DNA from: the human T2T-CHM13v2.0 reference genome, Homo sapiens
NCBI RefSeq assembly: GCF_009914755.1
Contig: NC_060925.1
Direction: 5' to 3' (one strand)
Length of the DNA: 64,000 nucleotides
A model generated the notes under the pieces. The model was not told where the DNA came from. It made no database searches and worked only from the letters and a program-made list of their open reading frames with translations. The first letter of the stretch is position 1, and every line of letters begins with the position of its first letter. Both the position numbers and the translations under genes were made by a program. Shown one piece after another: positions 27,031-40,461 of this stretch.

Positions 27031-30000
27031 ACTCAACTGCAGAGGAGGAAATCAAATCCCAAAGAAATAAAAGTGCTTGCCCAAGACCACAGAACTAGTT
27101 AGTAGCAGAGCTGAAACCAGATCAGTGCCCTTGCCCAGATTAATCAGATTCCTTGCCATGGACCATGTGGTTTGTGGGAATTTTGCATGAAAACACAAAT
27201 GTTAATTCCTCACCTCAGTTGGCAGGATGCTGTACGCCAATCTGTCTATGTCTGGTAGTATAATTATTTATGTCACTAATGTTTCAATATCTTTGTATGT
27301 ATTCAGGTTATAATTATTGAGGAATAAAATATATAAAAGTAAAATACTGGTGTACCTACGCGAGGAGGTACTCCAGTCTAGGCAGAGACCAGCAAACATA
27401 TTAAAAGCTATAACAGTTATCTTCCTTCCTCTATCACATTATAAAATCTTTAAGGGCAGTCTTAGTTTCTTTAGAGACATTCCTATTGCCTAGCACAGAA
27501 AACTGCCTTCCAATAAAATGTATTTAAAATAAATTAACTCTAGCAAATCTTTCCAAAATTTTTAATTTCCCTATACTCTAGTAAGAATCCATAGCTTTTC
27601 ATAATTTATACTTGCCTATCATTATAGAATATTAGGCCCACACCTAAGATTTGCTCACCAGGCAACAGCTGTTCACTAGTTTATTATTTTAGTAAATATA
27701 ATTTTTTAATATTTTACCTGGATAAATTACTAAATCCTTTATATTCATATTATCATGTCATCTTTTCAGAGGGGCTACTTTTACTTCTCATTATATAGGT
27801 GAGAAATCTGAGACCATGGAGACATGACTAGCGTCATCCAGATGGCATTTTTCGCAGCCAGGATTTGAACTTACATCTTTCTGGAATTAAAGCTCATGCT
27901 CTTCTTACTATCTCAGAGTTCATAGATTATATGTGTGGTGGTATGAGGGACATGGAGGTGTATGTGGGAAAGCACAGCATTATTTGTTTGAAAGAACAAA
28001 ATGTGGTATTATTGGATTTATAGAGAAACCATATATTATTGTACATGGTTTTCATACCTTGAGGTGTGTAGTTGTCCAAACGTCATTCTGGGCCACCAGA
28101 AATGCTACCAGATTTTACCAATGTGAATGACCGTCCTTGAATATGGTAGTTTAAATGGTTAACTGTCTGTGTAAATGTGAAATTTCTTTTTAAGTGAAAG
28201 GTCTTGCTGCAAGAAGAATGGCTTTGGGACTGCCAACTTACAGGGCCATTTCTGAAAACCCAGTCATTATGTTGCCTTGATATTACTGTTAATCATGAGT
28301 GTCCTTAGAACTTATTGAAATGCTAAGAATTTTTGGTGAGGATGTACACCGTTTCATCTTATAGGCAGATAAGTCTCCTTTAGAGACCAACCTTATGAAA
28401 TTGTCTAGCCTGCTAGAGCTGAATAATTTTGTAAAATAAGTATTGAAAGGTTTAGTGTATTATATAGCCAATCACCTCGAGTACACTGAAACAGCCAGTA
28501 AGAAGCTTAAACATACTCTTGAAGAGGCAAAAAGAGACATCATTAGACAGGGCTTATAACTGCTGCCCCCTTGATTTTCTCATTTCAGGACTTTTATCAG
28601 CTCAGTTTCAACAGAAAGCAAAGAAAAAAAAATCTTCCCTTTTAACTTGCTTATTGAAATAGAAGGAATTTTTTCCTTGCCAGTCTCTGAAACCCTTTTT
28701 CACCAAACAAAACCTGCTGGGAGAAGTTTTCATTCTTTGTTTGGAGACAATAATTTTGGAAATAGAAAACTGTGAACTTTCTATGAGATCAGATGATTTG
28801 GAATGGGCACATGGTGTGCTGAGGCACCAATAGGGAATGACCTCTGTCGTGACAGCCCCCCAGCACACACACCCCATAAAGACCTCCTAGGCCACAGGCC
28901 TGTGAATTGATGCATACATCATGGGGCAAGATGAAAGTGAAACACACCTCAAGCTGTCGTGCTTTTCCTTTAAGTCCTTAAGGATAAGTCACAGCTATTG
29001 TTACCCCAATATTAGTGAATCGAAGACTTCAAAGAAGAGTTTTCTATAACTTAAAAGAGTAGATTTAAGAATGGGGAAATTCCATTTATGTCCAATGTAA
29101 AGATACATTCATTTGCCCTTCCCTTGCGCTTAAAAATTTTTCATCCATCACTGACTAATTATCAGCGCAAATCTGGCCCACAGCCTATATTCTCCCATTT
29201 GATTCTGTAGCAGGTGGATGAAATTTCAGCTACAGTAAACCCAGTCCCTATAATCTAAGTCCTGCATTAGCAACTCGTAGCTTACCCTGAAGAAGTCTAG
29301 ATGAGGTCAGGGCCCTGAGTCTATTTGATTCCATTGATAATAACAATAAACCTCAGGACTATTTCAAGGAGACTGTAAATGCACTGAGTTTATTTCCATG
29401 AAAATTAAACAAAATAATCAGTTTGGTGATCTCCTTTAACACAGATTAAATGTAAGGTTTATTGTCCTCTTAAAAAAAGGTTTGTTTATGTACCCAACAA
29501 ACAGTTAATTTGTACCTACTATGTGCCAAATATGAAGTCTCTTGTTCTAGTTGGACAAACAGAGAAATAGACCAACAATGAAAATATGCTGTGATCAGTA
29601 ATACAACAGATGTAAAATAAATATAGATGATTTGGTCACTGAGAAGGGCACCCAACCCAGGAAAACGGGGGCATGTATTACAGGCAAAGATTCAGAGCTG
29701 AGAGAGAACAGGCTCCCTGTAAGTCCCTGTCGACAGCTGGGATGGCTGGAGTACAGTTATGAAACAAGGGAGGCAGATGGTAGGCAGATCAAGGGGCTTA
29801 AAAATCATGCTAACCTGAAAGATTACAAAGCAGGAAAGTGGCAGGACCAGTTTTGCATTTCAGACAGCCAAGGCCCAGATAGATGAATGGGCTAAATCAA
29901 GTCTGATGGGAGAAAGAGGCCAGCAGTCCATACAACGGAGACACCCTTGCCCTCTTTTAATTAATAGGAAGTTGGCATCGCTCTTTCATTCCACCCTACT

Positions 30001-31639
30001 GCAGTGTCCCATATGAGGAGTGAGTCATCTGATCCTTGAGGCTGGGAACAGCTGGGAGGAGTGGAGCTCTTCTGCTTCGGGATCTGCATAAGGGCAGGGG
30101 GCACATTCGGGTCAGGCCAACCAGGGCAAGCTCTGCCTATGGATGTGCATTAACAGAAGCGGCCACGGGAGGACGGAAGGGTAGCACTGTCCTCATCCCC
30201 ATTACCGGCTGAGTGACTGTTAGTTCTACACACCTCATTTTAACTCAAGTAGGACTCCAGGTATAGACCTGGGAGGGATCTAAGTCACGTGCTCCAGCCC
30301 AGCTTTGCCAGACACAAAAGATATATTTTTATCTCTGTTTGGCTCCTGTGTCTGATTTGCAGTTGGCTCAAAATGCAGAGGGAGAGGAGTATGATGAACC
30401 AACCCTCCTAAAGATTCCCCAGCAAGGGCCCAAATCACACAGTGGCAGACAGGGTAGGAAGGAGGAAAGAGAGTCCAGAGATAACGAAGTTTGAATTTAG
30501 TGATCCCCAGGATGTAGTATCATCAGTAAAGGACAAGCAATCTTTCAAAACCACCACAAAATAAAACAACTAAAACACCCTTGAAATGAAAAATAGAAAG
30601 TCCGATAAGTTAGCACTCTTATTTCTATATTTCTTGGTATGGTTAGTGTATCTATTTTTCATAGAAAACTTTCTTGTGTCAAAAATCTTATTACAACCAT
30701 CCTCTACTCCTGATATATTTTAGTCTCTGTGATGAAAAATAATTGCATTGAAGGGGGAAGGATGCCATCCATGTTTGGACCTCCTTAATCAGTGCATTAC
30801 CTGATAGGACATTTATTAAGGATAAAACATTTCTTTTATCCCAATAGCTGCCTCAGCAGTTGTTAAGATGAGTAGGGGGAGGGGAAAGAAAGCCTTTATC
30901 ATTTCCTGATCTCTCCAGCAAATTGCCAATTTATGCACAGAATATTACAAATACTGCTGAATTATTTCAGCCTGGAATTAATTTAGAGAATCTTCCCCTT
31001 CTTTTGAGTGCCCAGGGATTTGGCTTATCTTTATTTGCTGAAGGAACCATGCCACTGAAAGCAGTCCCAGGATTATTTCAAGTGAATGAATAATGAAATT
31101 GCCCAGCTTCCTAACGGTTTCCAAATTCTATGACTACCTCAGTACAATCTCCTGGGCTGATTCATCAGCTGGGCTTCTCTCACTGTGGGTGAAGCCACCA
31201 GGCTCGGAAGCAGGAGCTTCTGCATTGAGTAATTAAGGCCAGTGAGGACAACCCAGTGTCACCAGGGTTACTGAAGGCTGCTTTGGAAAATGTAGAAAAG
31301 ATATTTCATCCTTCAGACAGCATCATTAGGGTAACACACACAAAATAATCAATTACCAAAAGCAGCTATTTTTAAATAATCCTTCACTGGTGTGAAATGC
31401 CTTTATCACATCAGAAATCATTGCTCTTGCTAGAGGTAAGTATACACGAAACAACAGGGCTTCTTGTTTGGTGTATATTTCTTGGCTTTAAAACAAGGGC
31501 AAATTCAGGATGATACACTAAGAATTCAAATAAATCACTGTTTTACACAAAGATGCGTATGTACCATGGCTAACCTCCTAAAAACACTCCACTCATCATG
31601 TTGGTTGGCTCCAGTAACTGTCTAGGTTATTTCTTTTGT

Positions 31640-31930
31640 TGCTAAGCAATGAATATTAATTGTGGAAAATTTGAAAAATTTAAATACAAGGATGAAAACA
31701 AAATGCATGCTTAATATAAAAAAAAGGTATAGAGATATACATATTTAATATTTGGGATATTTCCCTCCAATAAATAATGTTTCTACTCATCTCCAAACAC
31801 ACACACATACACACACACACACAATTGAAAATTCTGACTTCCATTCTGCTTTTCCACTTAGATCATAAGTATCTTGTCAAGTCCTTAAACATTAAAAAAA
31901 ATGGCATACAGCATTCTTTATGTCCATAAC
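31640..31930 (-). mobile_element. Old L1ME 3' fragment containing a short (CA)n
   Basis: 'ttgtggaaaatttgaaaaat', 'tctgcttttccacttag', 'aatggcatacagcattc'. Confidence 0.5.
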
Positions 31931-32327
31931 GTAGAAGGCAAAAGACTACTATTTTTTTTCTTTTTAGTGTTGAATCCCCAACATTCAAAACAGTGCCTGA
32001 CAAATAGTAGGTGCTCAATAAACATCTCATGAATGGATAAATGAAATAACTAGAATGAACAAAGGAATGAATGAATGGTTTTCCCTCTGAAAACTGTGTC
32101 AGGTAAAGTGGACAACTCACTGCTTCTCCAAGAAACCAATAAATATGTCAGAAGCAGGCTCCATAACAATCATTTCTCAAGTTTATACAGGTTGAGCCAA
32201 ACCTGGGTATGAAATTGTCTTAACTCATTTTATCATATACTTTATCTTCTATGAATCCCAAACAATGCATCTCCTCTAGCATGACAACTAATATCCAACT
32301 CTTCTATATTGTTAAAAAAACAAAACA

Positions 32328-32628
32328 GGCCAGGTGAGGTGGCTCATGACTGTAATGCCAACAATTTGGGAGGCTGAGGCAGGCAGACTGCTTGAGCCCA
32401 GGAGTTCGAGACCAGCCTGGGCATCATGGCAAAACCCTGTACCAAAAATACAAAAAAATTAGCTGGATGTGGTGATGCATGGCTATAATTCCAGCTATTT
32501 GGGAGGCTGAGGTGGGAGAATCACCTGAGCCAGGAGGTCAAGGCTGTAGAGAGCTGAGATCACACCACTGCACTCCAGCCTGGGCAACAGAGAGAGACCC
32601 AGGTTCAAAAAATAAACAAACAAAAAAA
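32328..32628 (+). mobile_element. AluJ (Jb-like) SINE
   Basis: Full dimer with 'ttgagcccaggagttcgagaccagcctgggc' and an A-rich tail. Confidence 0.93.
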
Positions 32629-34536
32629 CCAAGGCTTTTCTTTAAGAATATTCTACCTTCTTACGGAGTCTACAGACTAAACCAGAATATTATCCCAGCA
32701 TACTCACAAGGTCCTCTTACAGTATTTCTGATAATTCTGTTGAGCTGCCATCTGAAGGCATTAAAATAAACAGTTGTAAATATCTACTGATTAAGCATTA
32801 AACCTAAGATATCCTAAAATTACTGCATTCAAGAGGCTGCCATTTCCTGACTATTCAGCTCTTTAGGTGCAATTTTGATATACTTGCCTTAATGTGCCAT
32901 TTATTAAATGTATATCTTAAATCAGCAGTGAAATGAAACCAACATCATTAATTCCACAAAAATCAAGGAACCGACATGTGTGTTATCCTGCCCTGTGCGT
33001 TGTTATCAGCACGTTACTTCCCATGCTGGATATTACAATTGCTTGATATTATCCCTTATTACTTTAAAGGCAATTTTACATTTCACATCCAAATTAACGG
33101 CTAATCTCAAAAGGCTTATTATGTTTAATTACTTTTTGTTCCTGAATCCTCTCTTACACCCTGCACATTCTTTCCTTAAATGATACTCAAAAACTCGAAG
33201 TGTAATCAGAGATCACAAAAGTTGTTAAATTGTGGATGTTAATTAGAATAGAGACAGGATCTGGAAAATAATTTATCTAAATCCCAGAGTAAGGGGTCTC
33301 TGAGGTTCATAAAAAGGTCATATTTGATCAGTTTAAAGATCTGGCAAAGGACAAAGGTTTGGGGTCCAGCTCTGACTCTCACATGTCATGTCTTTAAGCA
33401 AGTGGCTCCACCTCTCTGGTCTTCATTTTCCACATTTACCCATCGGAGGCTTCCCTGTGCCACAGTCAGCACCACGCTCAGATACACAAAGAGTCCTTCA
33501 AGCCCCAGCTTTGTCCACAGCCTCAGCCTGCTCTTACACATGTGACACTCAACTTTCTAGACACCACAGATCTCTTTGGATTCTGACCTTATGCCTTGCT
33601 TCCTTTTACTATCTTGCCTTGTTCTTCAGACTCCAAGCCTTGAATAATATTGCCAGTTCTGTATTCTCAATTTTCTTCTTCATCAAGATTTGTATTTGCT
33701 GCTCAGCTAGCCTGTTTCTTCCTGACATGGGACAAGCCTTGGCTTTCTCCAGAAGCACCCTGGACTCTGGGGTCCAGCTCAGACTTCCTGGACTAGCTGG
33801 CCTCTGTTTGCCAAAGCAGCCTCCAGTAAGCCCTGGCAGTCTAGCAGCCACTGTTCCTGGACCAGACCCATCCCAGTGCCTAGACCTAGTCTGACTGAAG
33901 CAGGATTTATACCATGGTTTCAGAATTTTAGGGTTGGCATTTAAGTTGTTTTTAGAAAGCTGTGATGTGGGCTCAGCTGTCCTACATGAGTTTCCTTCAC
34001 TGACAATCAGACCTGGGATCAAGAGTCTTCAGGATGACTTCCTTGCCAAAACCTTGTTTCCCTAAACTGAAATAATAAACCCCTCTTGGCCATGGTCTCC
34101 ACTCTTGGGGTTTGCTGAATTGCCTTCCCCAGCACACAGGCCTGCTCTAGGACAAGAACTGGGCATTAGCCCCTACTTGGTGGCCATGGTTGTATCTCCT
34201 GCAAACAAATTGCCTAGATGTCTCCAACACTGCCAGCTGCTTCCACAATGCCAACTGCCACATCCAGTCTCCAAAAGTGTGCTCTGTTAGGACCTGTGAC
34301 ATTCTGCCATGCTAACTGCAGCCTGATTAAAAACTTAATGCCTAGCATTTTCTTTGTAAGTATCTATGGTGGATAAAGTGCATGCATTATCTCTTTTACA
34401 TCCTCCCAATAATCCATATAGAAAATGTATTATTATCCCACTTTAAAGATGAAGAAACTGAGGCCAAGATAGGTGATGGTATCAGAACTTGGACTTGATC
34501 TATGTCTTTTATTGACAGGTCATTTCTCTTTCTATT

Positions 34537-35002
34537 TGTATTTGTCTCCTATGTGATTGTAATAAATTCCCCCAAACTTGGTGGCCTAAAATATCTGAAA
34601 TTTATTTTCTCAAGGTTTTGGAGGCCAGGAGTCTTAAATCAGTTTCACTGGGCTGACGTTAAGTTATCATGAGGGCCATACTCCCTCTGGGGGCTCTGGG
34701 AGAGAATCTACCCCTTGCCTCTTCAAGGCTTTGGTGGCTGCAGGCATTCCTTGGCTTGTGGCCACATCATTCCACTCTGTGCCTAGTGGTCACATTACCT
34801 TCCTCCTCTGTGTCAAATCTCCCTCAGCCATCCTCTTAAAAGAACACTTGTGACTGCATTTATTTAGGGCCTACCTGGATAATGTCCCTACCTTAAGAGC
34901 CTTAGTTTAATCACACCTGCAATATCCCATGTAAGGCAACATGCACAGGTTCTGGGGATTAGAATAGGAATATTTGAAAGGTCAATTTTTCAACCTGTGA
35001 CA
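34537..35002 (-). mobile_element. MLT1C/D MaLR solo LTR
   Basis: TG...CA, 466 bp. 'ggcattccttggcttgtggccacatc'. Candidate 5-bp TSD ctatt / ctagt. Confidence 0.85.
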
Positions 35003-37809
35003 CTAGTAAATAATCCATTTCCAATTTTCATAGTTGAAAGCACTGGGGTTTTTTGGCATTGCAGGTATAAAATTAATACTCAGCAAAGTGAATTTTCTAG
35101 ATTTCCATAAAACTTGTTTGTATTTCTCACATCCATGATCTCATAAATTCTTCAAAGCAGTAGGGACGCAAGCATTAGTATGCCCATGTTACAGCAGAGG
35201 AAACTGGGGCTCAGGGAAGAGAGATTCTCACCAAAGGTCACACAGTAAGAAGGAGGCAGCTGAGATATGAACCCAGTAATTCCTGACTTTCAAGTGAGTG
35301 TGAGCATTTTTTTGCCTGATCAATCATCATCCTCCCTGGGATGGTTTTCCACCCCAACCATTTCCCTTCTTACTTCCAGAGGACAGATGTGTCCTCTCCC
35401 CTGCATTCCCATCAGCTGGAGAGTCACCAGGGCCACTCTGTTTTTGTTTATCGGAGCTGTGCTGTTTGTCCTTCTCTTGTAACACATCGAGATCATGATT
35501 TCGATGAGCTTTTCTCCCAAATCGCTTTCCTCATCCATAAATTGCATTACTTTCTCCCCTTGTAATTATTCTACATTTTTGTACTTTGAACTACATTTAC
35601 CATCTGCTAGCCCAATTACGCAAATGATCCAAATCCTTTTGAATCTGGTTAAATTGTTCGACAGGATTTGCTCGCTCTCCACTTCTAAAATCATCTGTGA
35701 ACCTGGATGTGACACATCGAGTCTTAAATAGATGGGAGTGGGAAGGTGGGAGGTGGGGGTAGCAATATGTCAGCATGATGTCAGGGAGAGAATGGGAGGC
35801 ACAGGCTTGGTGAGGAGGGTGAGTTCTGCACCCACCTCCCCAAGAGCTGGGGAGCTAATTGTATCAACCTCTGAATGTGCAGGTTCAGCATCTTTGATGT
35901 CTCATTTTCTCATGCAACAAAAAATGAATTCTCTACTTTCATGCCTGCTTGGTAGATTTTTGTGAGGATTAATGAGATGGTTTTGATTAAGCACCTTGGA
36001 GAGAAACACTACATAGATCACTGGCATCTGGCTAATGTTACACACTTAGCTGTTGTGAAATATAAACCACAGTCACAACTCCCTGTACCAACATTCTATC
36101 CTTTGGTCTCTGCCTTCCCTCTTTGCAACCAGGCCACTGTCTGACCTCTTTGGGTCATTCAGCCAAGAAACTCTAGTAAGACCAGCTGGGGAGAGAGAAC
36201 ACAGGCACAGCCCTTGTCCTCAGAAGACTCACAGTTGAGACCAGGAAGACCAGTGAAGAAGTGACTGAGACACAGTAAGGTGAGCCCTACAGTGAGGGAA
36301 GCAGAAGATGCTAAAAGAGTAGGGAGGACAGTTCTGTAATTCAGATTGGCTGGCTGGTCAGGGCATAGGATTCTAGTATGAAAAGTAGCTGAACTAAGTC
36401 TTAACCATCAAGTAGGAGCTGGTCTTGAGAGAGGAAGAAGACTATTCCAAGACTGGGTGAACCACATGTGCAAAGACTTAAAAAATGAGGGGCAGCGCAG
36501 GTTCCAGAATATTTGAGGCCCTGCTGATTCCTAGTTAGCCGAGGCAAGGCAGAGCAACGTGAGATGCTGCAAAACACAGAGTAAAGGACACACAGTTGAA
36601 GGGAGCACAATTTGTAATTTATGTGGGTCATAGCAAAACTAGTGTGCCACAGGAAATAAAGAGGTTATTCATCAGTTTTAAGAGGAACTCTTCCCTCTGC
36701 CAATTGCTGCCAATTACTTCTGAGCTTCTGCAACCCTGACATGGGTACTGAATGATTAAAATTAGAAGACATCAAGCACTATCTTAGAAGGTTTTCACAG
36801 CTTTCCAGATAATTGTTGTTGTTGTTTTCAACATCAACCTCTATTTCTTCTTATTTGCTAATTTTCTGAGGAAGAGAGATTTTTTAAAAAGCAGGACACA
36901 AGTTTACACATTTCATAGTTTGTTCCTGATTGTTAATTCGCAACTGAAATTATCCTTAGAAGACTTTAAGAACCCCACAATATAAACATCAGTGAATTAA
37001 ATCCTAGGCACATAGAGAACTCGGCCAAGAAGGAGCCTCACCAGCCTGCCCCGCTAGTGTAGAGATTTAGCAATGCAAACCCTTCACCCCACAAATACTC
37101 ACCAAGGGCAACAATACACCAGGGCTGTGCTCTGTGCTTAGACACAGAGAGAAGAGCATGACACAGTCTCTAGTATCCTTCACGATGATCATAATTCAGT
37201 CTCAGTGACCAAACAGTCCACCTAATACTACGAGTGGGTAAAGCCCTCATTCACTGGGTGCTTACTGAGTGTCAGGCAGTAAAGTCAGCTCATTGCTCAT
37301 ATCATCTCATTTCATCTTCATAGTAACCTGTGGGAGGGGATCTCTTGGCAAATCCATTTAACAGATGATAAAACCAAGGCTTCATTTGTCCAACTTAAGC
37401 TACACATCCGGATTCCACATCCAGCAGTGAAACATAGAGCCACAAATCAAACATGAGTCAATTTGAATTCAAAGCCTGGTACCTTAACCCCTGAGAACTA
37501 GACTGCCTGTTAAGAGTCAATGACATGACACAAACCCCACAGATCCTGAGGCTGCATGGCACAGAAAAGAGCCTTTACAGGATCCTCTAAGTTAATCCCC
37601 CATGGTACAGATAAGGCAACTGAGGCACAGAGAAGTCAGGGGACTCACCTAAGGTCACAAAGCAGGTTTGCAGCATCCAGTGCTCTTGGTTTTCTCACAC
37701 TCAGAGTGATTTCTCCATATACCTTCCCCCATCACTGCATGCAAGCAGGGCCTGGGCAGTTCTCAGGCCTCCCTGTGCCAGCTCTTTCAGTCAGAAGGAG
37801 TTGGTTTCT

Positions 37810-38050
37810 ACTGTAGAGCATGGAAGCATGGTTAAAAGAGCTAACTCTGAAGACAACCAGCCTGCGTTCACACTCTAGCTCTGCCATCTTCTGCTGTGGC
37901 CTTGGGCAAGTTATTAACCTCTCTGTGCCTCAATTTATCTCCCGCATTTAATGATAATAGCTGTGTGGATTAAATGAGTCACTATGTATAAGGGGCTTAA
38001 ATCAGTACCTGGAGAGTAGCAAGGACTCAATAATAGTTAGCTACTTTATG
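37810..38050 (+). mobile_element. MIR SINE (near full length)
   Basis: 'gcatggttaaaagagc...ccttgggcaagttattaacctctctgtgcctcaattt...ggattaaatgagtc'. Confidence 0.85.
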
Positions 38051-38359
38051 ATGACCACTCCCACCCTCCCAATTTGTTCTTACACACTGACAAACCCCAG
38101 CCCTCTGGAGCCTGCAGCCACCCCACCTGCCACCCCAACCTCCGCAAGAAACACGGTCACGGTGTTTCTTGACCAGTCTTCACTGAAAATCAATCTCCTT
38201 GGCCTCTGACATATTTTATCAGACAAACCTATACAGTATCCCTATGCATCCAACAATGAAATGTTTATTTTATAATGAGAGATGCTAGAGGTTAAAAGGC
38301 CTTTCAGAGGTCTCAGGGCAATTTCTCCCTCGCCCCAATCCACTTCGCCCCCATAGCAT

Positions 38360-38830
38360 GGTTGACCCCTTACCATTCTTAATAATTTACTTATTTAGCA
38401 AGTGTGTTGTTTACTCTGCTCTCTGCTCCCACTGACTGAATGTAAGCTCCATGAAGTCAGTGATCCATGTCTATTTTGGTGTATCCCAACCAGCTAGAAT
38501 TGATAATACATGTTGGTCTTAGCACGAACCAGACCTACTTCTCCATAGAGTGTGACAGAGAAGGGAGGAAATGCCAAAAGCATCACTCAGCTCAGTACCT
38601 GGCACATAGTAAGCACTCAGCACATCTGCTGACTAGTGAATGAAGTATCAGACAGACCACATGCTAGCAGAGTGACTTTGGACAAGTCACTTTCACCTGA
38701 GTCAACGTCAACCTCTAAAATGATAATCATACCATGTGCCTCACAGATTGTTATGCCTATTAAATAATAATAAGTGAGCACTAAAAATACTTTTCCAAGA
38801 TGAAGTGCGGTAAAAAATGTCATTGCTATT
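38360..38830 (+). mobile_element. L2 3' end followed by MIR core
   Basis: 'gaatgtaagctccatgaagtcag', 'cctggcacatagtaagcactcag', then 'gtgactttggacaagtcactttcacc'. Confidence 0.7.
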
Positions 38831-40058
38831 ATGTATGGAAGACAGGGACACAGATAGTCACTGATTTATTTGTTATTTATCATTCATCTGTCCAGTACCT
38901 GCACTGGGCCAATGAAAATAAAAGAGGCACAGCTACTGTCTTTAAGGAGTTTACCGGTTGGAGGAGGGAGGAGAGAAGAAGATTTGGGAGGTAGGGGTCA
39001 GCAAGGGATTTCCAGCTGGTCAACAGGGGAAACAATTCTGTCAAACAAGCAAGGAAGAAAAGGATGCAGCTGGCATGGGTTGGAAAGCTACATGTTGGGC
39101 AAGTTGAATCTATTAATACCACGAACCACTCTCGTCATTTCGCATTGTTATTCCCATTGTACCATTAAGGAAGCTGATTAAATGACTTCCCCAAGGTCAC
39201 ACAGCTTTCTGTGGCAGAGGCCACATTTGAACCAGGCCTACTGAACTGAACTGAAATCACATCAACTCCAATCATTAGGCAAAACAGTCAAAGAAGAGTT
39301 TGGCATCTCTTTGAGAGCTCTTAGCCACATTGGGTGCCATGGTTAATACTGTGAGTTGGAACTTCAGGGCCTAAGGCCTGTGCTCCTACCCCAGATGCTT
39401 CCCCCAGAGCCACCCATGAAGATACAGACAGAGCACTGAAACCCACAGTTTGTCCTTACCTGCAGCCCAGCCACCAAATAGGATGTGGCATTGCAATTGG
39501 CTGACAAGTCCCCAAAGTCAGTGATTTTACTTACACCTACTTTCCGCTCTTATCACCCGGAGTTCTTTGTGGGAAATTCATTTGAATTTGTAAGAGACTC
39601 ATTTGCATCCAGACTGATCACTGGTGTGATGCTTCCCTTTAAAAGGTATGGAACCCATAAAGTGAAATGTGATCAAGAGCATCCCAGAGCCTCTTCTGCT
39701 GAGTACAATGGGCAGGAGCACAGCATCCTGCTCCCAGCCAGATTCTGAGAGAAGGTCTTTTGGAAGCATTCTCCAATGCTGAAAATATGGGCCCCGTGCC
39801 CTAAGGGTACTAAGTGAAAACCCACCTCTCAGGTATCTCAGAACACAGCACCTGGCTGGTGTTGTCAGCCAGGCAGGAAGTATTCCATGAGCACAACACA
39901 TGGCAAACATTAAGGGTGTGGTGGTATAAGGGGCTATCTTCCCTCAAGGAGCTCATGGACGTGAATGTCTCCAACTAGCATCTGTCTCTTAAAAGCAGTG
40001 TGACCTGAGGCAAGTTAGTTAAGCCCCTTGGGTCTAAGTTTCATCATCTATGGAATAA

Positions 40059-40461
<403 letters not shown>

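Noticed and set aside
33388-34022. Longest ORF (168 aa, +) and overlapping 137-aa ORF (-)
   Set aside because: The + ORF starts in a MIR fragment and is Leu/Ser-rich with no domain and no exon-like boundaries. The - ORF has a non-ATG start and no recognisable similarity.
35460-35730. snoRNA or miRNA call for the palindromic segment
   Set aside because: No properly spaced C/D or H/ACA boxes, and the stem is too short for a pre-miRNA. Kept only as an unexplained element.
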